Counted from the stretch's first letter, positions 8,486 to 16,227 are shown. The stretch is 64,000 nt of DNA from Patescibacteria group bacterium (GCA_028716045.1 JAQUQO010000001.1:256942-320941); one strand, 5' to 3'. Made by a program: numbers and translations. The notes: generated by a model not told the origin, from the sequence alone.

Positions 8486-8570
8486 AATTTAAAATGTAGA
8501 GACGCGCCATGGCGGGGTCTCTGTAGACAATAGAAGAATAGCTAATTAAAGCCATTTTTACGTTAAGCCC

Positions 8571-8599
8571 TTGACAAAACCGTCAGAATGTGCTATAAT
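8571..8599 (+). promoter_or_regulatory. consensus sigma70 promoter TTGACA-17-TATAAT (copy 1 of a duplicated module)
   Basis: TTGACA 8571-8576, spacer AAACCGTCAGAATGTGC, TATAAT 8594-8599. It drives a long structured 5'UTR and the small ORF at 8771. Confidence 0.6.
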
Positions 8600-8770
8600 A
8601 GTTTGTTACAATAAAACATAGAGAGAGATAGAAAACAGGCATTTTGTTGTCTTGGACTATAGCAATAATTCTCTCAAAGATAGCAAAATGTCTGTTTTAT
8701 TAAGTAAAGCAAGGTTAGTGAATAGAGTTGTTTGAAAATTAAATAACATAAAAATAAAGGAGGAGTTGGA

Positions 8771-9064
8771 ATGAAAAAGGTAGTAAAAATAATTGGTGTT
8801 TTCGTTTTTATTTCCGCTGTAATAGGAGCAATGTTTACATTCAATTTTATAAAAGAAGAAAATGTTGTCTGTAGCTTCGAACTGGAAATTTGCGATGATT
8901 GCGACGGTGGTATTAATAAAAATATAAACTGTGTTTATTACAACACGGCAAAAAATCCGGCGGAGTATTATCCTATTTGGCTCTATAAGCCAGATTGTTT
9001 TGTGAAGATAGGAGTTGACGACGATGGTAATCTCTACACAGAATACACTTCATGTCCGGAATAA
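8771..9064 (+). CDS. small secreted/membrane-anchored cysteine-rich protein (97 aa)
   Basis: Strong SD AAGGAGGAG. The N-terminal hydrophobic segment is IIGVFVFISAVIGAMFTF and the mature part carries 7 Cys. A terminator follows at 9097-9134. Confidence 0.45.
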   Translation: MKKVVKIIGVFVFISAVIGAMFTFNFIKEENVVCSFELEICDDCDGGINKNINCVYYNTAKNPAEYYPIWLYKPDCFVKIGVDDDGNLYTEYTSCPE

Positions 9065-9096
9065 TGTTTTAGGTTATATTTTACAGAGTAATTTTA

Positions 9097-9134
9097 CCCC
9101 GCAGAGCTAATCGTAGCTTTACGGGGTTTTTTAT
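9097..9134 (+). terminator. intrinsic terminator
   Basis: CCCCG...CGGGG stem followed by TTTTTTATTTT. Confidence 0.55.
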
Positions 9135-9194
9135 TTTAAAAACTTCTTTTTATGTTGAGCCCTTGACCCTTTGACGCTTAAAGCGCCCGGGGTC

Positions 9195-9223
9195 TTGACA
9201 AAACCATCAGAATGTGCTATAAT
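9195..9223 (+). promoter_or_regulatory. consensus sigma70 promoter TTGACA-17-TATAAT (copy 2 of the duplicated module)
   Basis: TTGACAAAACCaTCAGAATGTGCTATAAT differs by one base from the copy at 8571-8599. About 20 bp of upstream flank (TTTTAyGTTrAGCCCTTGAC) is also repeated. Confidence 0.6.
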
Positions 9224-9441
9224 GTATTATTACGATAAAAAGTCGTTTTAGATAGTGATTTTATAGGCGTTTGTGCCTATATTATTCATAAAATCGTAAT
9301 AATCTTAAAAAGGAGGAAAAGATGAGGCACTTTTACCCATCTTCGGAAGTTCACTGGAACAGTGAACATTGAACAGATTCGCACCTGTCCCCATAGGAGT
9401 CACCTGCCTTAAGTGGTGAGCCTTAGGAAAGCAGATTCCGG

Positions 9442-9471
9442 GCGAGAGTTTAAAAAAACTCTCGCTTTTTT
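9442..9471 (+). terminator. intrinsic terminator ending the promoter-2 transcript
   Basis: GCGAGAGT-TTAAAAAA-ACTCTCGC followed by TTTTTT. Confidence 0.5.
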
Positions 9472-10150
9472 AATTAAATTTTTCAAAATGAATGTCCTTG
9501 GTTTCTACGCCGTTTTCTTTGAGAATGGCCACACAATCATTGACCATATCGGGTTGGCCGCAGATGTAAAATTTTTTATTTTTATAATTTTTCAACTTTG
9601 CCAAATGTTCCGTCACTCGGCCCGTGGCTCCCGGCCAAGCGGAAGTCGGTCGGGTGAGGGTAGGGGTATAGGAAAAATTGGGATATTTTTTCTTTAATTC
9701 TTCAAGCTCATCCGTAAGAAAAATATCTTCTTCATAGCGTCGCCCTAAAAAAAGATGAATAGGTTTTTTACTCCCGTTTTGTAAGAGTTCTTTAATCATG
9801 CACCGCAGTGGAGAAAGTCCGGCGCCGGTGGCCGCGAAAATATATTCCGGCGCTTCTTCTAAAATAAAAGAACCGAAGGGTCCTTTAAATTCCAGCTCCT
9901 CACCCTCTTTAATGGCGGCGAAATATCCCGAGGCCTTGCCGTTGGGGATAAGTTGAATGCAGAGGCGGATTTGATTTTCTTCGGGCGTGGAAAATAAAGA
10001 GTAGGCGCGATAAATGTCATGTTGGGGAATTTTCACGAGAATATATTGGCCGGCCTGGAAATTTATTTTTTCTTGCGGTTGCAAATATAAAGAGAGAACT
10101 TGCGGCGCCAGTTTTTCTATTTTGGTAATTTTAGCTTTATAATCCGGCAT
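9470..10150 (-). CDS. ferredoxin-NADP reductase-like FAD/NAD(P)-binding oxidoreductase
   Basis: RAYSL and GxxS/T FAD-binding region; GPFGSF; AATGAGLSPL NAD(P)-binding motif; CGQPDM C-terminal motif. Confidence 0.7.
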   Translation of the reverse strand: MPDYKAKITKIEKLAPQVLSLYLQPQEKINFQAGQYILVKIPQHDIYRAYSLFSTPEENQIRLCIQLIPNGKASGYFAAIKEGEELEFKGPFGSFILEEAPEYIFAATGAGLSPLRCMIKELLQNGSKKPIHLFLGRRYEEDIFLTDELEELKKKYPNFSYTPTLTRPTSAWPGATGRVTEHLAKLKNYKNKKFYICGQPDMVNDCVAILKENGVETKDIHFEKFN

Positions 10151-10160
10151 AATTTTTGAT

Positions 10161-10211
10161 TTGACAGTTATTTTAAGCTATGATATATTTATATCATACT
10201 AAATTAGTATG
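10161..10211 (+). promoter_or_regulatory. iscR promoter (TTGACA-17-TATATT) with an overlapping palindromic operator CATACTA-AAT-TAGTATG (10195-10211)
   Basis: The palindrome with 7-bp arms lies at the TSS/+1 region, consistent with Rrf2/IscR autoregulation. The same region is divergent to the FNR-like gene. Confidence 0.4.
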
Positions 10212-10226
10212 AATTAGTCAAGTTTT

Positions 10227-10625
10227 ATGTTTACGATAAATAGACAATCTGATTATGGCCTGCGGTTAATGGTGGAATTGGCTAAAAATAAAGATAAAAA
10301 GCCGGTTTCTTTGCGGAAATTTGCGGAGAAATACGGTATTTCTTTTCTTTTTCTTCAGCGGCTCGCCGGAAAGCTCCGTCAGGCAAAATTAATCCGGTCA
10401 ATGCGCGGCTCCGGCGGCGGTTATATTTTAACAAAAAAACCGGCTCAAATAAAGCTCGGGGATATTTTTCGGGCGTTGGAGGGCAAGGTGGCGGTGATGC
10501 GCTGTCTGAAGGGCGGCAAGTCCTGCCCGGCAATTTCCGCTTGTTCAACCAAAAAAATTTTATTCCGTCTGAATTGCGATATTAACAAAGCTTTAAATAA
10601 AATAAAATTAAGCGATTTTAAATAA
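10227..10625 (+). CDS. iscR: Rrf2-family transcriptional regulator (IscR-like, 3-Cys Fe-S ligands)
   Basis: N-terminal SDYGLRLMVELA and RGSGGGYIL; a CxxxxxxCxxxxxC cluster-ligand pattern; located directly upstream of iscS-iscU. Confidence 0.8.
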   Translation: MFTINRQSDYGLRLMVELAKNKDKKPVSLRKFAEKYGISFLFLQRLAGKLRQAKLIRSMRGSGGGYILTKKPAQIKLGDIFRALEGKVAVMRCLKGGKSCPAISACSTKKILFRLNCDINKALNKIKLSDFK

Positions 10626-10626
10626 T

Positions 10627-11853
10627 ATGAAAACAAAAAAAGAGATTTATTTGGACCATGCGGCCACCACCTATCTTTTGCCGGAAGTGGAAAAGGCGAT
10701 GGCGCCGTATTGGCAAAAAAATTACGGCAATCCTTCCAGCTTGCATTCCAAGGGCAGGGGAGCACTCGTCGCTCTTGATGGAGCGCGCGAAAAAATTGCC
10801 AAAATTTTTAATTGCCGCGGCTCGGAAATAATTTTCACGGGTGGGGGGACGGAGAGCGATAATTTGGCAATTTTTGGCGTGGCGCGCGAGCATCAGAAAA
10901 AAGGCAAACATATTATCACCTCCAAAATAGAACATCATGCTGTTTTGCATAGCGTGGAAGCATTAAGAAAAGAGGGCTGGGAAATTACTTACATTGGAGT
11001 TGATAAAGATGGCTTGGTTAATCCCGAAGATGTTTATAGGGCGATTCGCCCGGAAACGGTTCTTGTTTCCATAATGTATGCCAACAATGAAATCGGAACC
11101 ATTGAGACGATTGCCGATATTGGTCGGGCAATTTTAAAATACCGTAAAGAGCATAATACGGTTTACCCGTATTTTCACACTGACGCCTGCCAAGCGGCTG
11201 GCGCTTTGGATTTGGATGTGGGAAAACTTCATGTTGATTTAATGACTATCAACGGCAGTAAGATTTATGGGCCCAAGGGCGTGGGAGTTTTGTATAAGAA
11301 AAAAATAGTTAAGATTAAGCCCTTGATTTACGGCGGAGCGCAGGAATTCGGATTGCGCGCCGGCACGGAAAATATCCCGGGGATTGTCGGAGTGGCTATC
11401 GCTTTGGAATTGGCGCAAAAAAATAAAGACAAGGAAAATGAGCGTCTGATAAAATTGCGCGATGAGTTGATTGCCGGAATTGAAAAATCTATTCCCAATG
11501 TCAAATTAAACGGCCATCGCGAGCAGCGCTTGCCCAATAACGCCAATATAACTATTTTAGGCATTGAAGGCGAGGCCTTGCTTTTATATCTTGATAATGA
11601 AGGAATTTATGTTTCCACTGGTTCGGCTTGCACTTCCACAAATTTGGACCCTTCGCACGTGATTGTGGCCTTGGGATTGCCATATGAATACGCCCATGGC
11701 AGTGTGCGTTTTACTTTGGGCAAGAGGACGACGGAGGAGGATATTGAAGATGTTTTGAGAATTTTGCCCGGGTTGGTGGAGAAAGTCCGCGCTATGTCGC
11801 CGATAAAAGCGTGTAGTTTAGTTAAGGGCAAGCTGGCGCAGATTAAAAAATAG
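10627..11853 (+). CDS. iscS: cysteine desulfurase (class V aminotransferase)
   Basis: DHAATTYLLPEV, the PLP lysine context SKIYGPKGVG, and active-site STGSAC. Confidence 0.9.
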   Translation: MKTKKEIYLDHAATTYLLPEVEKAMAPYWQKNYGNPSSLHSKGRGALVALDGAREKIAKIFNCRGSEIIFTGGGTESDNLAIFGVAREHQKKGKHIITSKIEHHAVLHSVEALRKEGWEITYIGVDKDGLVNPEDVYRAIRPETVLVSIMYANNEIGTIETIADIGRAILKYRKEHNTVYPYFHTDACQAAGALDLDVGKLHVDLMTINGSKIYGPKGVGVLYKKKIVKIKPLIYGGAQEFGLRAGTENIPGIVGVAIALELAQKNKDKENERLIKLRDELIAGIEKSIPNVKLNGHREQRLPNNANITILGIEGEALLLYLDNEGIYVSTGSACTSTNLDPSHVIVALGLPYEYAHGSVRFTLGKRTTEEDIEDVLRILPGLVEKVRAMSPIKACSLVKGKLAQIKK

Positions 11854-11865
11854 AAATTATAAATT

Positions 11866-12534
11866 ATGAAAAAATTATCAAAAAAATCATATAAATTACC
11901 AAAGTCCTGCGATGGAGTGGAGCGCACTGGCGAAGAATGGCTTTATTCGCCCAAAGTTAAGGACCACTTTTTTAATCCGCGCAATATCTTGAGGCCTGAA
12001 GAAGAAAAAAAATACAAGGCCGATGGCGTGGGCTATGTCGGCAGTCCGGCTTGCGGAGACGTGATGAAAGTTTTAATTCAAGTTGACCCCAAAAAAGACA
12101 CCATCACTGATTGCCGTTGGCAGACCTTTGGTTGCGGCAGCGCTATTGCTTCCACTTCCATGATGTCGCAAATAGTGAAGGGGATGAAATTGGATAAAGC
12201 CTTAAAACTTACGCCCAATGATATAATTGACGCTTTAGGCGGTTTGCCGGCGCGAAAAATTCACTGTTCGGTTTTGGGGGACAAAGCGTTGCGGCAGGCG
12301 ATTAACGATTATTTCCGTAAGAGCGGACAATTGGCGCGTGTGGAAGTCGGCAATTATCGGGTTTTGGACAAGGTTTTAAAAATCACTGACCGTGATATAG
12401 AAGAAGCGGTGCTGGAAGGGGCTGATACTTTGGAAAAAGTACAGGCCAAAACCAAAGTTGGCACTGGCGACCCAGGTTCTCTGCCGGAAGTGGAGAAACT
12501 CGTCAGTTTTTACGTGCAGAAGTATTACGGATAA
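11866..12534 (+). CDS. iscU: Fe-S cluster assembly scaffold, IscU/NifU N-terminal domain with a C-terminal extension
   Basis: GSPACGD, GCGSAIASTS and HCSVLGDKALRQA match the IscU signature. Confidence 0.8.
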   Translation: MKKLSKKSYKLPKSCDGVERTGEEWLYSPKVKDHFFNPRNILRPEEEKKYKADGVGYVGSPACGDVMKVLIQVDPKKDTITDCRWQTFGCGSAIASTSMMSQIVKGMKLDKALKLTPNDIIDALGGLPARKIHCSVLGDKALRQAINDYFRKSGQLARVEVGNYRVLDKVLKITDRDIEEAVLEGADTLEKVQAKTKVGTGDPGSLPEVEKLVSFYVQKYYG

Positions 12535-12538
12535 TTTT

Positions 12539-12567
12539 TTGACTAATAAGAACGCATTTGCTATAAT
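12539..12567 (+). promoter_or_regulatory. consensus sigma70 promoter TTGACT-17-TATAAT
   Basis: TTGACT 12539-12544, 17-nt spacer, TATAAT 12562-12567. Confidence 0.55.
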
Positions 12568-12573
12568 AATTTT

Positions 12574-12705
12574 GCGAAGTCCGAGCGAGACAGTACTCTG
12601 GCCTTATGTTGAAAAGTATTCTTTCGGTTTTAAATAAAAATTTCGCCGGACTTACGTAATTCCCCTCCCAAGTGGCCTCCCTAAACGTAGGGAGGCCTTT
12701 CTTTT
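12574..12705 (+). ncRNA. candidate sRNA of about 130 nt, or a terminator-containing leader of rsmI (unknown family)
   Basis: A strong promoter and a perfect terminator hairpin GGCCTCCCT-AAACG-TAGGGAGGCC plus T-run (12674-12708) bracket it. No + strand ORF is present. The rsmI ATG lies 35 nt downstream. Confidence 0.3.
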
Positions 12706-12708
12706 TAT
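12674..12708 (+). terminator. intrinsic terminator
   Basis: 9-bp perfect stem plus TTTCTTTTT. Confidence 0.65.
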
Positions 12709-12742
12709 CCATTTTTATGGTATTTTTAAATAATCCTTATTT

Positions 12743-13417
12743 ATGGGAACTTTATACATAGTCGCCACGCCAATCGGAAATTTGGAGGATATCACGCATC
12801 GCGCTGTCAGGATTTTGGGCGAGGCGGATTTGATTTTGTGCGAGGATACTAGACAGACAAAAAAGCTTTTGGACCATTACAATATCAGAACAAAAACGCA
12901 GAGTTATCATCAGCATAGCAAGCTTTCCAAGCTGGATTTTATCGTTGAAGAATTAAGGCGCGGCAAAAATATCGCGTTGGTGAGCGATGCTGGCACGCCG
13001 GGGATTTCCGACCCGGGGAATAAATTGGTTGAATATGTCGTGGAGAAATTGCCAGACACGAAAATTGTTCCCATTCCCGGGGGTTCGGCAGTCATCGCGG
13101 CGCTATCTATTTCCGGTTTTCCGACAGATAGATTCAAGTTTTTGGGATTTTTGCCGCACAAGAAGGGGAGAGAGACATTGTTTAAAGAAATTGCTGTGGC
13201 GAAAGAGACGGTGGCTTTTTACGAATCAACCCACCGGATTTTAAAAACATTGGAGCAATTGAAAAATTTTTTAGATAAAAATAGACAAATCGTTGTTTGC
13301 CGCGAGCTTACCAAAATGTTTGAGAGTATTTATCGCGGCGATATTGAAAAAGTTTTAGCGGAACTTTTAAAAGATTCAATCAAGGGAGAATTCACAGTCG
13401 TGGTGCGGGGAAAATAA
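12743..13417 (+). CDS. rsmI: 16S rRNA (cytidine1402-2'-O)-methyltransferase
   Basis: LYIVATPIGNLEDITHRA...CEDTR matches the tetrapyrrole-methylase-fold RsmI signature. Confidence 0.85.
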   Translation: MGTLYIVATPIGNLEDITHRAVRILGEADLILCEDTRQTKKLLDHYNIRTKTQSYHQHSKLSKLDFIVEELRRGKNIALVSDAGTPGISDPGNKLVEYVVEKLPDTKIVPIPGGSAVIAALSISGFPTDRFKFLGFLPHKKGRETLFKEIAVAKETVAFYESTHRILKTLEQLKNFLDKNRQIVVCRELTKMFESIYRGDIEKVLAELLKDSIKGEFTVVVRGK

Positions 13418-13418
13418 A

Positions 13419-13456
13419 AATCCCCGCAAACGTGGTGCGGGGATTTTGTTTTTTAG
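13419..13456. terminator. bidirectional terminator
   Basis: ATCCCCGCA-AACGTGG-TGCGGGGAT is flanked by an A-run and a T-run. Confidence 0.6.
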
Positions 13457-13471
13457 CTTTGGGATTTTTTC

Positions 13472-13780
13472 TTATGGTCCGTTCCTGACGACGGTTGCCA
13501 GAGAAGGCTCTTCTTCGGTATTTTCCTTTTTTTGTACTTTCGTTTTTTCCTCTTCTTTTGGCGGGGGAAACAGAGAATTGAGATTGTTTAACAGGTTATC
13601 GCGTTCCGTTTCGTTTAGCCCCTTTGTGGATATTTCCACATAGGATAGGTCGGATTGATCCGGTATGGGCTGTATTAAAGTAGTTACGCCCCCTTTTAGC
13701 AATCGAAGAGGAGCCAGAAGTTGTTCAATCTTACGTAGTATTTCTGCGGGTACGTTGGATTTTATCCATTTTTCTTCCAT
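13472..13780 (-). CDS. hypothetical protein (102 aa)
   Basis: SD AAAAGGAGAAAAA; its own promoter with an unusual operator array upstream. Confidence 0.4.
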   Translation of the reverse strand: MEEKWIKSNVPAEILRKIEQLLAPLRLLKGGVTTLIQPIPDQSDLSYVEISTKGLNETERDNLLNNLNSLFPPPKEEEKTKVQKKENTEEEPSLATVVRNGP

Positions 13781-13834
13781 TTTTTCTCCTTTTTATTTAT
13801 TTGATTAATTTGTTAAAATCCATATTGTCTTTAA

Positions 13835-13923
13835 TTTATACCATATTTTATAATATTTGTCAAGACCAGTCGGTCGCGACCGACTGGTCAAGTCCCGTCA
13901 GTTTACAACTGACTGGTCAAGCC
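13835..13923 (-). promoter_or_regulatory. promoter (TTGACA-17-TATAAA, - strand) with three TTGACCAGTC(A/G)G-type repeats including a 22-bp perfect palindrome CCAGTCGGTCGCGACCGACTGG (13866-13887)
   Basis: Two direct copies of GACTGGTCAAG lie at 13882-13892 and 13911-13921. An inverted partner overlaps the -35 element. Confidence 0.45.
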
Positions 13924-14053
13924 CCCCAAAAAAATATCAAAGAAAAAAGCGCGAAAATTAAGCTTTAGAAGTATAGGTCTACCGGTGTGTTAATAAATTC
14001 AGCTTAATTTCCGCGCGAAGAACTATCGTTTACAATAATACAGCAATTGATTT

Positions 14054-15634
14054 ATGTCAAATAAAAAAGGAAAATTTTATATCACCACGCCGATTTATTA
14101 TGTCAACGCCAATCCGCACATTGGCCATACTTATACCACGGTCGCGGCTGATGTTTTGGCGCGTTATCATCGGTTGATTGGCGATAAGACCTTCTTTTTG
14201 ACAGGCACCGATGAGCATGGCACGAAAATTGAAGAGAAAGCCAAGGAAGCGGGATTGTCGCCGCAAAAATTTGTTGACGGCGTGGCGGCGCAATTTGAAC
14301 TGGCTTGGGATAATCTTAATATCTCCCACGACCGATTTATCCGCACTACCGAAGCGGAGCATATGGCGGCCGTGCAAAACGCGCTTCAATATATGTACGA
14401 CAAAGGAGATATTTATCCTGGAAAATATGAGGGGCTATATTGCCGCGGTTGCGAGCAGTTTAAAAATGAGAAGGATTTAATTGATGGCAAATGTCCTGAC
14501 CATAAAACGAAACCAGAATGGATGAGCGAGGAGTGCTATATGTTCAAGCTCTCTAAATATCAGAAAGAGCTTTTGAAAAAGATAGAAAGCGACGAATTTA
14601 AAATTTCACCCAAAGAAAGAAAAAATGAAGTTATAAGTTTTTATAAAAACGAGGGGCTTAAAGACGTGGCTTTTTCCCGCAAGAACGTTAAATGGGGTAT
14701 ACCGCTTCCATGGGATAAAAGCCAGACGACCTATGTTTGGGCTGACGCGTTTTTGAATTATTTGACAGGGTTAGATTGGGAGGGTTCGGGTAAAAAATCA
14801 CCGGAATTTTGGCCCCCAGATGTCCAACTGATGAGCAAGGATATTTTGAGGGTACACGCCACAATTTGGCCGGCGATGCTTTTATCTCTTGGTTTGGAAT
14901 TGCCAAAAGAACTTTTTATTCACGGCTTTTTCTTGGTTGATGGGCAAAAGATGTCCAAATCGCTCGGCAACGTGATTGCGCCGGAAGATTTGGTTAAAAA
15001 ATACGGCGTGGATGCCACGCGCTATCTCTTGATGAGCGCTACTTCTTTTGGCAGTGACGGGGATATTGGTTGGGAATTTTTTGATGAGAAATACACGGCG
15101 GATTTGGCAAACGGGTTGGGAAATTTGGTGGCAAGGGCGACGGCGTTATTTGAGAAAATGGAAGAGGCGGGGATGAGATTAAAAAATAACAATCAATTAC
15201 CTGAAGTATGGGGTGATTTTACGTGTATATTTGATATAGATAATACTTGGGAATCTTATAAAAGAAAGATGGGGGAGATAGCCCTAGACAGAGCCCCCCT
15301 TTATCTAATTTCAGGTAAAATTAATGATAAAGAAGTTCAGAGTATGATTGCTTTTTTGGATAATTATATTTCCACAACCAAACCTTGGGAGTTGATAAAA
15401 AATAAAGACGAACGAACTGAAGTTGTGATGTATAATGTTTTAGAAAGGACCCGTCATATCGCTCTCATGATTTACCCCTTTATGCCCGAGACGGCGGATA
15501 AAATTTTGGAGCAGTTGGGACAGTCGAAAGTTGAGGAAATCAAAGATTTTAAAAGGGCGATGGAGTGGGGCGGTCTTAAAGAAAACGCCAAAATCAAAAA
15601 AGGCGAAATTCTTTTTCCAAGATTAGATAAATAA
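14054..15634 (+). CDS. metG: methionyl-tRNA synthetase
   Basis: HIGH motif (NANPHIGHTYT); KMSKS motif (KMSKSLGN); a Zn-binding CxxC...C region. Confidence 0.9.
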   Translation: MSNKKGKFYITTPIYYVNANPHIGHTYTTVAADVLARYHRLIGDKTFFLTGTDEHGTKIEEKAKEAGLSPQKFVDGVAAQFELAWDNLNISHDRFIRTTEAEHMAAVQNALQYMYDKGDIYPGKYEGLYCRGCEQFKNEKDLIDGKCPDHKTKPEWMSEECYMFKLSKYQKELLKKIESDEFKISPKERKNEVISFYKNEGLKDVAFSRKNVKWGIPLPWDKSQTTYVWADAFLNYLTGLDWEGSGKKSPEFWPPDVQLMSKDILRVHATIWPAMLLSLGLELPKELFIHGFFLVDGQKMSKSLGNVIAPEDLVKKYGVDATRYLLMSATSFGSDGDIGWEFFDEKYTADLANGLGNLVARATALFEKMEEAGMRLKNNNQLPEVWGDFTCIFDIDNTWESYKRKMGEIALDRAPLYLISGKINDKEVQSMIAFLDNYISTTKPWELIKNKDERTEVVMYNVLERTRHIALMIYPFMPETADKILEQLGQSKVEEIKDFKRAMEWGGLKENAKIKKGEILFPRLDK

Positions 15635-15696
15635 GAAATAGAAATTAGGAATCATAATTCCTAATTCATAACTCATAATTCATAATTTAAATTTTT

Positions 15697-16203
15697 ATGA
15701 TTTTATTTGACCTCGTTCTCCTTATCATTTTAGGTGGGTTTATATTATTCGGCCTTTGGTTTGGGTTAATTCATACACTCGGCGCGTTAGTCGGAGTCAT
15801 CGCCGGTTCGTGGGTGGCGACTCATTATTATGAAGTTGTTGCCAATCAGCTTGGCTGGCTTGTCGGCTCAAGTAATTGGGCAAAAATCATAATTTTTATA
15901 ATGATTTTTATTATAGTAACCCGCCTCGTCGGTTTAGCTTTTTATTTATTGGAAAAAGTTTTTAACATTATTTCCATCATTCCATTTTTAAAAACCATCA
16001 ATCGTTTGGCTGGAGGGATATTTGGAGCGCTGGAAGGGATGCTGGTTTTGGGAACCATTCTTTATGTGGCCAGTAAGTATAATCTTGGCGTTTTAACAGA
16101 GCAGATGGCTCGGTCGGAAATCGCCCCGTATCTTTTATTGGTCACAACAATCTTGTGGCCGCTTTTTCCGGAATTGTTAAAAAAGATAAAATCCGTCATC
16201 TAA
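15697..16203 (+). CDS. cvpA: CvpA-family membrane protein
   Basis: Four TM helices with N-terminal MILFDLVLLIILGGF typical of CvpA. Confidence 0.55.
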   Translation: MILFDLVLLIILGGFILFGLWFGLIHTLGALVGVIAGSWVATHYYEVVANQLGWLVGSSNWAKIIIFIMIFIIVTRLVGLAFYLLEKVFNIISIIPFLKTINRLAGGIFGALEGMLVLGTILYVASKYNLGVLTEQMARSEIAPYLLLVTTILWPLFPELLKKIKSVI

Positions 16204-16227
16204 TTTTATCTATTAGTCATTCGCCGT

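Noticed and set aside
9470-9475. Hairpin at 9442-9471 as terminator of the - strand FNR-like gene
   Set aside because: On the - strand the hairpin is not followed by a U-tract, and the gene's stop lies inside it. It fits only as the terminator of the + strand promoter-2 transcript.
12503-12712. 69-aa - strand ORF over the iscU-rsmI intergenic region
   Set aside because: It overlaps a consensus + strand promoter and terminator pair. It has no SD and an odd composition. An ncRNA or leader reading is preferred.
13446-13643. 65-aa + strand ORF overlapping the 102-aa - strand gene
   Set aside because: Low-complexity F/S-rich translation with no SD. The opposite-strand gene has a clear promoter and SD.
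13860-13925. CtsR operator (GGTCAAA-NAN-GGTCAAA) interpretation of the GGTCAAG repeats
   Set aside because: The repeats are 29 bp apart rather than 3. The conserved unit is longer (TTGACCAGTC(A/G)G), so it does not fit the CtsR heptad-repeat architecture.
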